The notes under the pieces were generated by a model that saw only the letters and a program-made list of their open reading frames with translations, made no database searches and was not told where the DNA came from. The position numbers and the translations under genes were made by a program. Positions 1 through 11,199 of a DNA stretch of 64,000 nucleotides are shown here, one piece after another (position 1 is the first letter of the stretch; each line of letters starts with the position of its first letter). This DNA comes from Stegostoma tigrinum (Eukaryota), in assembly GCF_030684315.1 (NCBI RefSeq), contig NC_081368.1, positions 48,189,734 to 48,253,733 on the forward strand. Reading direction: 5' to 3'.

Positions 1-107
1 ATTCTCAGAATTGATGGATAGGGCAGTTGCTAGGTGAGCAACTCCACACTAGGAATAGGGAGGCAGAAGTAGTGGTCAGTATGTTTGTACATACAAGTTT
101 CTATTGG

Positions 108-111
108 GTGT

Positions 112-179
<68 letters not shown>
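108..179. repeat. (TG)n microsatellite
   Basis: Almost uninterrupted TG dinucleotide run of about 70 bp; explains the CVCV/HTHT ORFs in the track. Confidence 0.98.
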
Positions 180-182
<3 letters not shown>

Positions 183-704
183 AGGGTGTTGGAGGTGAAT
201 GGAGAGTACATAGATACTGGAGTGAATTAATAACGTGGAGCTTAAAGCAGGTAAGTCTTTTGGCTTTAGTGTAAACTGCCCTCCACCTCCAGGCAGTACA
301 GAAAGTGCTGTTAGTGTATTTACGTCATGAATCTGCTCTGCTGATATCCTTGCATCTGCCAAGGTTCCCAGGACCCCAAAAACAGTTTTAAAAAAGGCAC
401 AAGCCACCTGAAAAGCTTCTTCCCTTGCAATGTTCTGCTACCACTAAAATTAGAGTGGATTCTTGATTAATTGATTGTGTTTGAAAATTTTCAAACTTCA
501 ACTGACCCAAATTCATTTTGGGGATTAAAATTATCCTTTTAGTCTCATTGTTTGGCCATTCAATTGTATCACAGGAAAATGCCCGAGTAACAACCATGAA
601 AGATTCTTTGACAGAGTTGATGACTTCTCAATAAATTTTATCCAACTTGATTTGTGAAATGCACAATAAAATTCTTGCATAGCTACCACCTAATAAGAGT
701 TGTC

Positions 705-710
705 TTTATT
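705..710 (-). terminator. CETN2: Candidate polyadenylation signal of CETN2
   Basis: AATAAA on the minus strand about 480 nt downstream of the CETN2 stop codon; no transcript evidence. Confidence 0.4.
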
Positions 711-1193
711 CCAACCTGCTACTCTCTATATTTATGCAAGACCCATTTAAAGATAAACTCCAGAACTAGAAATCTAGATCAGTTCATTGAAAATTTAAAA
801 TATACTAAACATGCTCACAGGTTTGAACAACACAAACAGACTTCTTCATAGTGACTGAAGTCATGGAGAAATTAAAGTGGTTCTGCAAAATGACAATTAA
901 GGTACCATGTTTACAGCCATACAAATAAAAATAAGACACATCTTTTTAAGATCACTTCTCTGTCCCCAGTCCTGTAAATATAATTGTAAATAATGAAATT
1001 TACCTCAAAGAAGGTAAAACACAATTTACTGAAGTAACCAGCTTCCTCCTCTTGTATGCAATGGACAGCCATTCAATCTTCTCTTCCATTAACATTGTCA
1101 GATTATGGTTGCCTTTATCCATTGTCCTGTTATTCAGTAAGCAGGTAATAGAGCAAAAGAAAGAAACACAAGCAACATGTGATAGACAGTGTA

Positions 1194-1283
1194 TTAATAC
1201 AAACTGGTCTTCTTCATGATTCGAAGGAACTCTTGTTCATTGACCTCCCCATCACCATCACGATCTGCTTCATCGATCATTTC
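1194..1283 (-). CDS. CETN2: Centrin-2, last coding exon (EF-hand 4 and C-terminus)
   Basis: Acceptor atacag|GAA; reads [29 protein letters not shown] (30 codons); KKTSLY end is diagnostic of centrin-1/2. Confidence 0.97.
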   Translation of the reverse strand, partial: EMIDEADRDGDGEVNEQEFLRIMKKTSLY

Positions 1284-2439
1284 CTGTATATTGACAAAAA
1301 AAAGGCAGAATTTTTTTTTGGTTTAAAGTCCACAAAACTATGCTTTCTTGCAACTGTTACAACAATTGTAAGTATAAAATTGTATGTGAAGGATGTTGAT
1401 GTTCGAATAGTAAAAAAAATGTTGAAAAGCTAGTTAATTCTAAAATAAAAATTCCCTGATCAATGGGAATCCATAACATGGAGATAAAGCAACCTAAAGA
1501 TGGTGTTCCCACCTACAGAACTTAACAGTGGTACGAGTTCTTCCTCCTACAAAAATATTAAGTAGATTTGCTGCTAAAAGCTTCTAACCATATTTTTCAT
1601 GAGATTAAATTAATATTCCATTTTTGGTTCTGTACAGATTTGCCTTGGCCATACATCTCATTCATTGCTAACAAATAGCAGACAACAGCTTTTGCCTGTT
1701 TTTGTTCAGTTCTGGTAAATTTTTAAGAAGAGTTAAAGAACAACCTAACAATTGTTGCACCAATTTCTCCCTCTCTGCCTCAAAAGGTCCTTGACTCCTG
1801 TCACTAACCTGCTCACAGTAGTGCGGCTGTGATTCAAAGTTTGGAACAGAAGGGTAAAAATCAACCTGATCCTCCAGCATTGCAGCATCTTTTGTTTAGA
1901 TCCATATTTATTGGCACTAGCAACAGCTGTGAATCAAGTTCTCATAAATATTTGAATTGTTTAGTTTAACAACTATGAATTAAAACTTGATGATAAATGG
2001 TTCCTTATATAGTCCTGATTCTTTTGTTTGCTTAAAAAGGCAGCATCATGTCAGTGACTTCATCTAATAGTGATAGGATTTCTTTATCGTCTACTGTCTT
2101 AGCCATATTGAAAAGGTTGCAAACTACAAAGTTAGCAGGTTTCAATGAAAAGTCGACATGTAGATGGAGCAGAAAAGCTTTCCCCGCTCAATGATCTTTA
2201 TCATTAACACCACCTATTAGTTTTGGTCTGCTACCCCTTAATATTAAAAACTCTGGCACTCTCAAATTTAAAATTATTAATCAATCAACTTTTTTTTTGT
2301 GGAAGAAACTTCCATGTTTCTCTAGTGTTTTCTATCTTCGCTCCTGAATGACCAGGTTCTTGACCCTTTATCCTATACTCTCCTGCCACTTTTCCTTTCA
2401 AATTCTTAAATCAAACAACAACTTATTTTTATACAGCAC

Positions 2440-3110
2440 ATTTAGCATAATAAAATTCCGTAACCCACTTAATACAAGTGTTTAAAAAAAATGTGACACA
2501 CCAAGCCACATAAGGAAAGATACCAATTGACTCATGGCTTGTTTTAAGCAAATATGCTTCAAGGAGCAGCTTAAATTATGAAAGACAGAAACAGGCATTT
2601 CAGGAAGGAGTTGGTCTTGGCCTGGCAGCTGAAGCATGGCAGCAATGTGGAATGATTAATGTTGGAAATGCTAGCATGTGTTAGAAATAGAGAGAGAGGC
2701 TGCCCTGGGAGAATTTACAAACATGGATAACAACTTTAAAACGTTGTCATTGCCTAGCTGGAAATAAATGCAGTTATGAAGCAAAGGAAAGATGGATGAA
2801 CAGAATTTGGCACATGTTAGGTCATAGAAAGCAACATTTTGAATGGCCTCCAGTTTGCAAATTAAGGAGGCAAAGCAGGATTGTATTGGAATAGCCAAGT
2901 CTAAAAGTAACAAAGTCATAACTGGGCACTTTAACTGTAGAAACGGCAAGGACATGGAGTCCAGCATTGTTAGAACAGTGGAATTGGGCAATTGTAGTTA
3001 TGAGGAATATGTAGTAGAAAGCTCATCTGGGGGTGAAGCAGGGCACGAAGGTTTGAACAGTTCGGTTCAGTCTCAGACAAGTACCAGGTAAGGACGAAGC
3101 AGGTAGCCAG
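2440..3110 (-). mobile_element. Decayed L2-like LINE fragment
   Basis: Purine-rich degenerate sequence with the gcagctgaag(g)ca motif that recurs in other LINE remnants; recognised by eye only. Confidence 0.45.
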
Positions 3111-3644
3111 AAAACACAGCTCATGATCCACGGTAATCCTCTGAAATTATCCATTTACCTACAAGGGACTTTTCCAGCCAATATTTCAAGTCTGGCCTGT
3201 CTGGAATATGTCCGCAGAATCACTGAGGTATACAGCATAGAAACAGGCCTCTCAGCCCAGCTTGCCCATGCTGCCCAGTTTTCACAATCAAACTAGTCCC
3301 ATCTACTTGCATTTAGACCATTTCCCTCTATACCTATCCCATCCATGTATCTGGCTGGAAAAAAATAAATAAAAATCAGTTCCATTGGTGCTGGGCCCAG
3401 CTGGACTTGTTGGGGTAGACAGGATGTCAGCAGAAAGGTTCCAGCATGGGTGTTTCGGTAGGAGTAGTTGAAGGCGTCAGTTCTTGCAAGGTGAGGTCGG
3501 GCTAAGGGTTTGAGAGCCAAAGGTGTTGAAGTTTCAGTTTAATAGTTACCTAGAATTTAGAATAGTTTTGAAATCCTCTAACTTTTCCTGCATTACTATT
3601 AAATTCAAATGAGTCAAATCCTTCCAAATTCTAAGTTTGGATAG

Positions 3645-3835
3645 TGGGAACAAAATCAGAAATTGCTGGAAAAACTCAGCAGGTCTGGCTGTATATGTGG
3701 AGAGAAAGCAGAATTAAAGATTCGAGATCAGTGACCAAGAAATGTTAACTCTACTTTCTCTCCACAGATGCTGCCAGACCTGCTGAGTTTTTCCCGCAAT
3801 TTCTGATTTCAGCTTCCACAGTTCTTTGGTTTTTT
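3645..3835. repeat. Inverted pair of Penelope-type terminal repeats (short foldback)
   Basis: cagaaattgctggaaaaactcagcaggtctggc...gtggagagaaag followed by its reverse complement ctttctctccacagatgctgccagacctgctgagtttttcccgcaatttctg. Confidence 0.75.
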
Positions 3836-3999
3836 AATGAATAGTGGGCAAATTTAGTCATACATTTAGAGCAGACCCGTTCACACTTAGTGACCCCAGT
3901 CAGATTTAACAATTGGACGGTTAAACCAATCATCCACCACAGACATTTAAACTTTGCATCCCTTAAACTTAAAGAAGTGGAAATGGGATCTAGGGGGTG

Positions 4000-4860
4000 T
4001 ACGGGCAGGGTGTGACAGAGACAGGATAAGACTACAGTCAGAATAAAACAAGAGTCAGGATGTGGGTTTTTAAGGGGATAGCAGTAAAAGATGGTGCAGC
4101 GAGTATCACTTAGAAACTGCAGGAAATGACCAGAGATATAAAGGAAATGATTTAAAGTCAGTAACAGTTATTCTGAGAGTAGCAAGATCAAGGTCTTGGC
4201 CATGAATATGGATATGAGTATTTAGAGAAATTCAGGAAGCAAAGCAAGGCAATAAACTCTGAGCAGAGAATAAGAACATTTGAAATCAAGATTGAAACCA
4301 CTAATGATGAGAAGCCACTGACTGCAAAAGCAAAAAAGGGAAAAGCAAAGAACATACATCATCAAGAAACTTGGATGAGTGGTACAGAACAAAGGTTATA
4401 AGAAGTGCAGCATGGTGGAAATCCTAAAATAGGAACAGAGGTTGCCAGTGTAGTAAGGAGACAAGTCAAGATGTTATTTTCTGATAAAGGTTACACTGCC
4501 ACAGCAATCTGAGCAAGGCAAATGGTAAGAAGTATTGCCAAGTGGTGACACTTAGGGGAAAGGTGGGAAAAGGGTTCTCGCCCCTTAGCCATGTCTCACT
4601 CAAGACCATGATGTCAATGTGTTCATCCATGATCAGTTCATGGATTATGAGATCCTTTCTAGTAAGTGAACATAAATTCTGCAGGGAGATGAAAAGAGGA
4701 ACAGTAATGGGCAAGCCATTTCAGTCCAAAGGATCAGAGCTGGGTGTGAGAGGTAGGAGGTTGACAAGATGAGCCTTTGGAATGTGTGCAGTCTGGGAAG
4801 GGCAGGGAGGTAAAGATGTAGAACATGATTGAGCTTTTGGGATTCCTGTTTGTTAGGAGG
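4000..4860 (-). mobile_element. L2-like LINE fragment with APE endonuclease N-terminus
   Basis: ORF 4466-4714 reads LQNLCSLTRK...EHIDIMVLSETWL, matching the N-x-x-S-L and D-I-x-x-L-x-E-T-W-L motifs of LINE endonucleases. Confidence 0.7.
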
Positions 4861-5349
4861 CAGTGACACATGCCTTGTTAAGAGTAGGAAAGACGAAAAG
4901 TACTGAAAAGTAAAAAGGTTTTAACAGTAGAGCTTACAAAGCAGGGTCAAAATAGCTTTTTTTGAGGTTTCTCCTAGAGATTTTCTCAAGCACTACGTTT
5001 TGATTTTTGGGGCTATTATTTCATTTGCAACAACTCATTTAGGTGGCGATACAGTCATGTTTTAATATCCCTTATGTATGTGTTGACATATCGGGCATTT
5101 GGTGCAGATGTAGAATTTTTAAAAGTCCTCAACAGCCTAAATAATCGAATATCCATTAAACTTAAATCCACAACACTCAGGAAATCACTAACTTCTTACA
5201 CACTGCAGTACTTAAATTGGCACAAAGTAACAAGCATAAGTTAGCAACAGGAGTATTTTTCAAAATAACACTGATGTTTCTTGACACTTCTACACATAAA
5301 CCGATCACTCTAAACACCTTCCACAGGGGGCTGCAGCTAATCATACATG

Positions 5350-5445
5350 AGCAAGCGAGTTTTGGGAAGATTTGTAGCTCAGGTTAAGGTCTGGATGTGA
5401 GTTTGTTCGCTGAGCTGGAAGGTTAGTTTTCAGACGTTTCGTCAC
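5350..5445 (-). mobile_element. Penelope-like element, 3' terminal piece (split from 9821-10400 by the Tx1 insertion)
   Basis: Minus strand begins GTGACGAAACGTCTG, directly continuing the sequence interrupted at 9836. Confidence 0.8.
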
Positions 5446-5722
5446 TTTTTTTTAATTTGAAAAAATATACTTTATTCATAAGATGTACAAAAAATAAAAC
5501 ATATTTATACACCTACCCAGTCATGCAAGCCGCTCCAGGTTACCCAGGGGGTACATACATCAACTAAAGGGAAAAAAACAAACAAAAAAGGGAAAAAAAA
5601 GCAAAGAAAATACCCTGGCAGTTGTCACCCTGCACAGTCCCAGTTGGCCCCCTGACCAGCTGGGGAAGGCGCCAGCTGGGCCCAGGTACCAAATAGGGCC
5701 TTCTATTCTGGACGAGGGGGTT

Positions 5723-8156
5723 TCATACCGTGGTCTTGCCCCACCGCGCCCTGGCGGCAGCTGCCCCAAGCTTTAGCACGTCCCTCAGCACGTAGTCCTG
5801 GACCTTGGAGTGCGCCAGTCTGCAACATTCGGTCGGGGTCAGTTCTTTCAGCTGGCAGACCAGCAAGTTGCGGGCAGACCAAAGAGCGTCTTTCACTGCA
5901 TTGATGGTCCTCCAGGCGCAGTTGATGTTGGTCTCGGTGTGCGTCCCAGGAAACAGCCCGTAGAGCACGGAGTCCCGCGTCACGGAGCTGCTCGGGACAA
6001 ACCTCGACAAATACCACTGCATCCCCCTCCAGACCTCCTGCGCACAGGCACACTCCAGAACGAGGTGATCGACAGTCTCGTCCCCCCCCCCCCCCCCCGC
6101 AGCCACCTCGAGGGCAGCGTGCGGTGGCGCAGAGATTCCGGGCATGCACAAAGGATCTCACTGGCAGAGTCCCTCTCACCGCCAGCCAAGCAATGTCCTT
6201 GTGCTTGTTTGAAAGTTCTGGCGATGAGGCATTCTGCCAAACGACTTTGGCAGTCTGCGTGGGGAACAACACGACGGGATCCACCCTCTCCTTTTCCCGA
6301 AGGGTCCCGAGGATGCTACGTGCTGACCACTGCCTGACGGCCTTGTGGTCAAAAGTGTTTCTTTTCAAAAATTTCTCCACGAAGGACAGGTGGTACGGAA
6401 CGGTCCAACTACTCGGAGTGTTCCGCGGCAACGAGGCCAGGCCCATCCTTCGCAACACCGGGCACAAGTAGTGACACTTGGTGTTTGCGTACTGAGGATC
6501 TACGCACAGCTTGATGCAGCCGCACACAAAGGTAGCCGTCAGGGCGAGGGTGGCGTTCGGTACGCCCTTTCCCCCATTTTCCAGGTCTTTGTACATGGTG
6601 TCCCTGCAGACCCGGTCCATCCTCGACCCCCAAATGAAGTGGAAGATGGCCCGGGTGACTGCATCGGCGCAGGTCCAGGGAATAGGCCAGGGCTGCGCCA
6701 CATACAACAGTACCGAAAGCCCCTCGCACCTGACAACCAGATTCTTACCCGCGATGGAGAGGGACCGGAGCGTCCACCTGCCCAGCTGCTGCTTCAGTTT
6801 GGTGATACGCTCCTCCCAAGTCTTAGTTCATGCCCCAGCTCCACCAAACCAAACACCCAGCACCTTCAGTTAGTCTGTCCTGACAGTGAAGGGGATGAAG
6901 GAGCGGTCGTCCCAGTTCCCGAAGAACATGACCTCGCTCTTAACCCCTATTGACTTTGGCACCCGAGGCCAGTTCAAACTGGCCGCAGATGTCCAATAGT
7001 CTACTCACCGACCGACGATCGGTGCAGAAGACGGCGACATCGTCCATGTACAGGGAGGTCTTGACCAGAAGGCCTCCGCTGCCTGGGATAGTCACGCCCT
7101 TCAGGCTCACGTCCTTCCTGATGGATGCGGTGAAGGGCTCCACACAGCACACAAACAAGGCAGGAGAGAGCGGGCAGCCCTGCCTGACTCCAGATCTAAC
7201 AGGAAAACTGTCCGATTCCCACCTGTTGATCGAGACTGCGCTAACAATGTTGGCGTAGAGCAGCCGGATCCAATTGCGGATGCCATCCCCGAACCCCAAT
7301 TTGGAGAGGATGTCCCCCATGTAAGCATGAGAGACCCTGTCGAAGGCCTTCTCCTGGTCCAGGCTGACGAGGCAGGTGTCCACCCACCTGTCCTGTACGT
7401 AGGCGATCGTATCCCTGATGAGCGTGAGGCTCTCAGCGATCTTCCTGCCCGGCACAGCACAGGTTTGGCCAGGGTAAATCAGACTCCAGGACAGACCTGA
7501 CCCAGTTGGCTATGACCTTGGCCAGGATTTTGTAGTCCACGTTCAATAGTGAAATGCGACGCCAATTCTTAATTTCTTCCCTCTCCCCCTTCCTCTTGTA
7601 AATGAGGGTGATGATGCCCTTCCTCATGGACTTGCACATTTCCCCTGCCCGAAGCGCACTATCGTACACCTCCAGCAGGTCCTGGCCGACCAGGTCCCAC
7701 AGAGCGGAATACAGCTCGACTGGCAAGCCGTCACTCCCGGGAGTCCTAAACCTCTCCAAGGACTTGAGGGGTTCTGGTCAGCTCGTCCAGGGATATCGGC
7801 CGGTCCAGCCACTCCCTCGTGCCTTCGTCTAAGGCCTCCGTGATAGACAACAGGAACGACTCGGAGGTCGTGCTGTCCATGGGCTTAGTGTTGTACAGTC
7901 CGGCATAGAAGGATCTGCTGATCCTCAAAATGTCGGGCCGAGACGACGTCACCGAGCCATCATCCTCCTTCAGCCGGCTAAGCACAGAGCTCTCTTTGTG
8001 CACCTTCTGAAAGAAGAAACGTGAGCACGTCTCGTCCTGCCCCACGGAGTGGACCCTGGACCGGAAGATTATCCTGGAGGCCTCCGCGGCGAAAAGCGAG
8101 GCTTGCTGGCTCCTCACCTCACGGCGCATATTAGTGCTCGCAACTCGTACCCACAT
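5723..8156 (-). pseudogene. Tx1 ORF2 (reverse transcriptase), several frameshifts, endonuclease missing
   Basis: Starts MWVRVASTNMR at 8156; pieces in track ORFs 7746-8192, 7433-7759, 6940-7455, 5703-6707 and 5723-6151 join by frameshifts; includes PGSDGLPVELY, KNWRRISLLNVDYKILAK, YMDD. Confidence 0.9.
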
Positions 8157-9621
8157 TGTGGGCAGTGAGCGCAGTACCCTCCTCAAGTCCAAGGTCCAGC
8201 CCCTCCATCTGTCCCTTCATGCCCATTGCCCGGGCTAACTGCTGGACGCTCTCCGGGCTCAGGAAACCGTCCGTGCTGCCTTCCGGGGGGCAAGCCCCCG
8301 TCGGGGGTGCGGAGGCAGGAGGGTCCGGCTCTGGGTCAGGCTGGGGACGCGCTGTTTCCTCCTCCTTCCCACCTGGAAGTTCCGGGGGGCCCTCCAGTGC
8401 CCCAGCGGCACTTGACTGGATGTCGGAGGGAGCCTTAGGACGCCTCCCGTCACCTGGAAGCGTGGTGCTGCTTTCCTTCTCCCTGGAGACCTTTAACTTC
8501 TGCTTCGGGCGGGCCCTCTCCGAATCCCCCTCGTCAGAGGAGCTCTTATAGCCCCCCTGTAGCTGCCTCTTCCCGCCTGATGGTTGCGGTTCCCGGGCCC
8601 GTCGATGCACCTTGCTCCTCGCTTTCCAGACCGTCGTCCACTCCCCTGGGTCACTTGTCACCGCCTCCATCGACTCCGGGTTGTCGGGGGGGGGCGGGGG
8701 GGGAGGGGGGGGGGGCAGCGGAGCCTGCAGGGGCGCTTTGCTGGCCTCGGGCCCATCCTGCGGGGCTGGGCCCTCCTGCATGACCTGGCCCTCCTGCACA
8801 TTAGTGGGGTCCTTGCTGGGCCCTGGTGCCTTCCTCTCCTCCGGGGGGGCTGGCTCTGCATTGCCCCCGCCGGCGACCTGGGCATAGGTGATCCCCCGCT
8901 GCGGGCATGCCCTATAGAGGTGGCCCGCTTCCCCGCAAAGGTTGCAGCTTTTCTCTTGTGGGCAATCCTTTGCAAGGTGTCCCTCCTCCCTGCAGTTCCT
9001 GCAGATGGTGGCTTTGCAGTCGGCCGCCACGTGACCTGGCCTACCACAGGCATGGCAGACTTTAGGTTGCCCTGCATAGGTCAGGTAGCCCTTGCTCCCG
9101 CCGATCGCGAAGCTGGACGGTGGGTGTACGACGTTCCCGTCCACGCCCATCCTCAGCGTCACCTTGACCTGCCTCTTACTGGTCCAGATGCCAAAAGGGG
9201 TCCATGATGTCAGTTAGGTCCCCTTCCACCTTCACGTACCTTCCAAGGAAGGTCAGGACATAACTGCTGGCACATGCGGGTTGTACATGTGTACAGTCAC
9301 CATACGGCTCCTCTGCGCTGGCATCACAAACAGCGGGACAGCGGTCAATACAGAGAGGGGGCCCTCATCTCCTTTCTCCTTGAAAACCTCCAGGAAGCGC
9401 TCGCAAAGCTTGGCACTCCTGAAGGTCACATCATAAAAACCTCCTCCAGGGAAATCCTGCAGGCAGTAAATGTCCGCAGCAGCGAACCCGCAACAATCCA
9501 ACAGGACCCTCTTCATGAGGAAGGTGAGGTCCACAGGTGCACCTTCATCCACCTTCTTTACGGAAACACGGATGGTGTTCCGGACCCACTGACCTGGGGC
9601 ACGAGCACTTGCCACAGCCAT
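8131..9621 (-). pseudogene. Tx1 ORF1 (gag-like zinc-knuckle protein), one frameshift near 9260
   Basis: MAVASARAPGQWVRNTIRV...YDVTF then CHACGRPGHVAADC, CRNCREEGHLAKDC, CNLCGEAGHLYRAC and a Pro-rich tail; overlaps the ORF2 start. Confidence 0.85.
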
Positions 9622-9820
9622 CGTTGAAGGTTGGCTGCTCCCCTGAACCAGCGTTAGGCTGAAGCCAGCATTAAGATCCACTGGTCGCAAGGGCGCACGG
9701 TGAACCTGATGTCTTCCTTTCACCTCCAACACAGCACTCTCCTCCTCTCGGTCCACAAGAGGGTGGGTCTTTATTTTGTTCCGGATGTAAGCTGGTTCAC
9801 TGAGCTTGAAGGTTTGTTCC

Positions 9821-9859
9821 CAGATGTTTCGTCACCATTCTAGGTAACATCAACAGTGA
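9821..9859 (-). ncRNA. Minimal hammerhead ribozyme motif of the Penelope element (degenerate)
   Basis: Minus strand TCA-CTGTTGA-T-GTTACC-TAGAAT-GGTGAC-GAAAC-ATC-TG: CUGANGA box with one substitution, 6-bp stem II, GAAA box, NUH triplet. The 5431-5445 copy keeps GAAAC-GTC-TG(A). Confidence 0.7.
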
Positions 9860-10400
9860 GCCTCCGACGATGCGCTGGTGTTATGTCCCGCTTTCTATTT
9901 ATCTGGTTAGGTTTCCTTGGGTTGGTGATGTCATTTCCTGTTCTTTTTCTCACGGGATGGTAGATTGGCTCCAAATTAATGTGTTTGTTGATGGAGTTCC
10001 GGTTGGAATGCCATGCTTCTGGGAATTCTCGTGCGTGTCTCTGTTTGGCTTGTCCTAGGATGGATGTGTTGTCCCAATCAAAGTGGTGTCCTTCCTCATC
10101 TGTATGTAAGGATACGAGTGATAGTGGGTCATGATGTTTTGTGGCTAGTTGATGTTCGTGTATCCTGGTGGCTAGCTTTCTGCCTGTTTGTCCAATGTGG
10201 TGTTTGTCACAGTTCTTGCAAGGTATTTTGTAGATGACATTCGTTTTATTTGTTGTCTGTATAGGGTCTTTTGAGTTCATCAGCTGCTGTTTTAGTGTGT
10301 TGGTGGGTTTGTGGGCTACCCTGATGCCAAGAGGTCCGAGTAGTCTGGCAGTCATTTCGGAAACGTCTTTGATGTAGGGGAGAGTGGTTATGGTTTCTGG
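9821..10400 (-). mobile_element. Penelope-like element, 5'-truncated, GIY-YIG endonuclease region
   Basis: ORF 9840-10355: NVIYKIPCKNCDKHHIGQTGRKLATRIHEH (GIY-YIG, YIG degenerate to HIG) ... HFDW ... REFPEAWHS. Confidence 0.9.
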
Positions 10401-10660
10401 TTACATGAGCAAAGCTGGAAGATTTTAACCAGGCAGTTAGTACCTCCTTCCACTGCATCTCTGATCTTAATCTCAGGTTTAGTTTACTAACTGACATTGC
10501 TCACACAAACACTACAGTTTTCCCTCATCTGCAGCAATAAGCTAGAGATGCCACCTTCATTTTCAAGAAAAACATTATCACAGTAATTTCACATTTTCTT
10601 TGTATCAGTCATTGGGGTATGCTTTTACTAACACATATTAAATACTGCCCCTTCCTCCAT

Positions 10661-10755
10661 TTGAAGAAAAAGGGTCTTGACCCGAAACGTCAGCTTTCCT
10701 GTTCCTCTAATGCTGCCTGACCTGCTGGGTTCCTCCAGCTCCACGCTTTATTATC
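10661..10755 (+). repeat. Penelope terminal-repeat fragment with hammerhead-like motif
   Basis: ttgaaga...gggtcttgacccgaaacgtcag followed by the tgctgcctgacctgctg...tccagc tail shared with other PLE ends. Confidence 0.7.
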
Positions 10756-11199
10756 GACTTCCTCATCCAGCCCTTTTTTAGCCTTCTCCTTCCCTTGGCA
10801 GATGACCACCCTCCAGTACCTGAGCCCCAGAAAAAGGCATGGCCCAGCCACCGACTTTTCCAAAACTCATGGCTTTGGCAGGATCTTTGCACTGGCAAAA
10901 TGAACCTCCTGTGATTGCCACTCCTTGAATGACCTGTACTTCCTTCAGTGATAAATCATCAAAAGCTATCAACAGCAATTGCAAAAGTGACTGGAGGAGC
11001 AGTTCCTCATAGATATTGTCCCTTCCACTTAAGAGAATGACTTTTGTCCCATAGGCCAGCCCAGAATGAATTGTCCCAGGCACTTTCAAGGGATAAATGG
11101 GAAAAGAAATAAGTAGGAAAACAGAATGGAAGGACTTGGGTATGAATCACAAGAAGTGGTCAAATTAATCCCAGAAAATTACTACTTTATCGGTCTGTT

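Larger units (their letters stand above)
5446..9820 (-). mobile_element. Tx1-clade L1 non-LTR retrotransposon, near full length, internally deleted
   Basis: GC-rich 4.4-kb block; ORF1 with three CCHC zinc knuckles; ORF2 with RT motifs (SLDQEKAFDRV, GVRQGCPLSP, YMDD) and C-terminal CPRGGC...ETVDHLVLEC finger; AATAAA and A-tail at 5446-5453; 15-bp flanking duplication 5431-5445 / 9821-9835. Confidence 0.92.

Noticed and set aside
27-407. ORFs with CVCVCV / HTHTHT repeats
   Set aside because: Translation of the (TG)n microsatellite.
5391-5445. Treating the whole 55-nt flanking repeat as a target-site duplication or LTR
   Set aside because: 10 of 55 positions differ, 9 of them in the last 40 nt; only the first 15 nt behave like a duplication, and no LTR features (TG..CA, primer-binding site, integrase) are present.
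8131-9621. Zinc-knuckle ORF as a domesticated ZCCHC3-like host gene
   Set aside because: It is frameshifted and sits in normal ORF1 position within a complete retrotransposon with A-tail and target duplication.
5810-9627. Many long plus-strand ORFs opposite the Tx1 element
   Set aside because: Antisense shadows of a GC-rich coding element; no recognisable domains.
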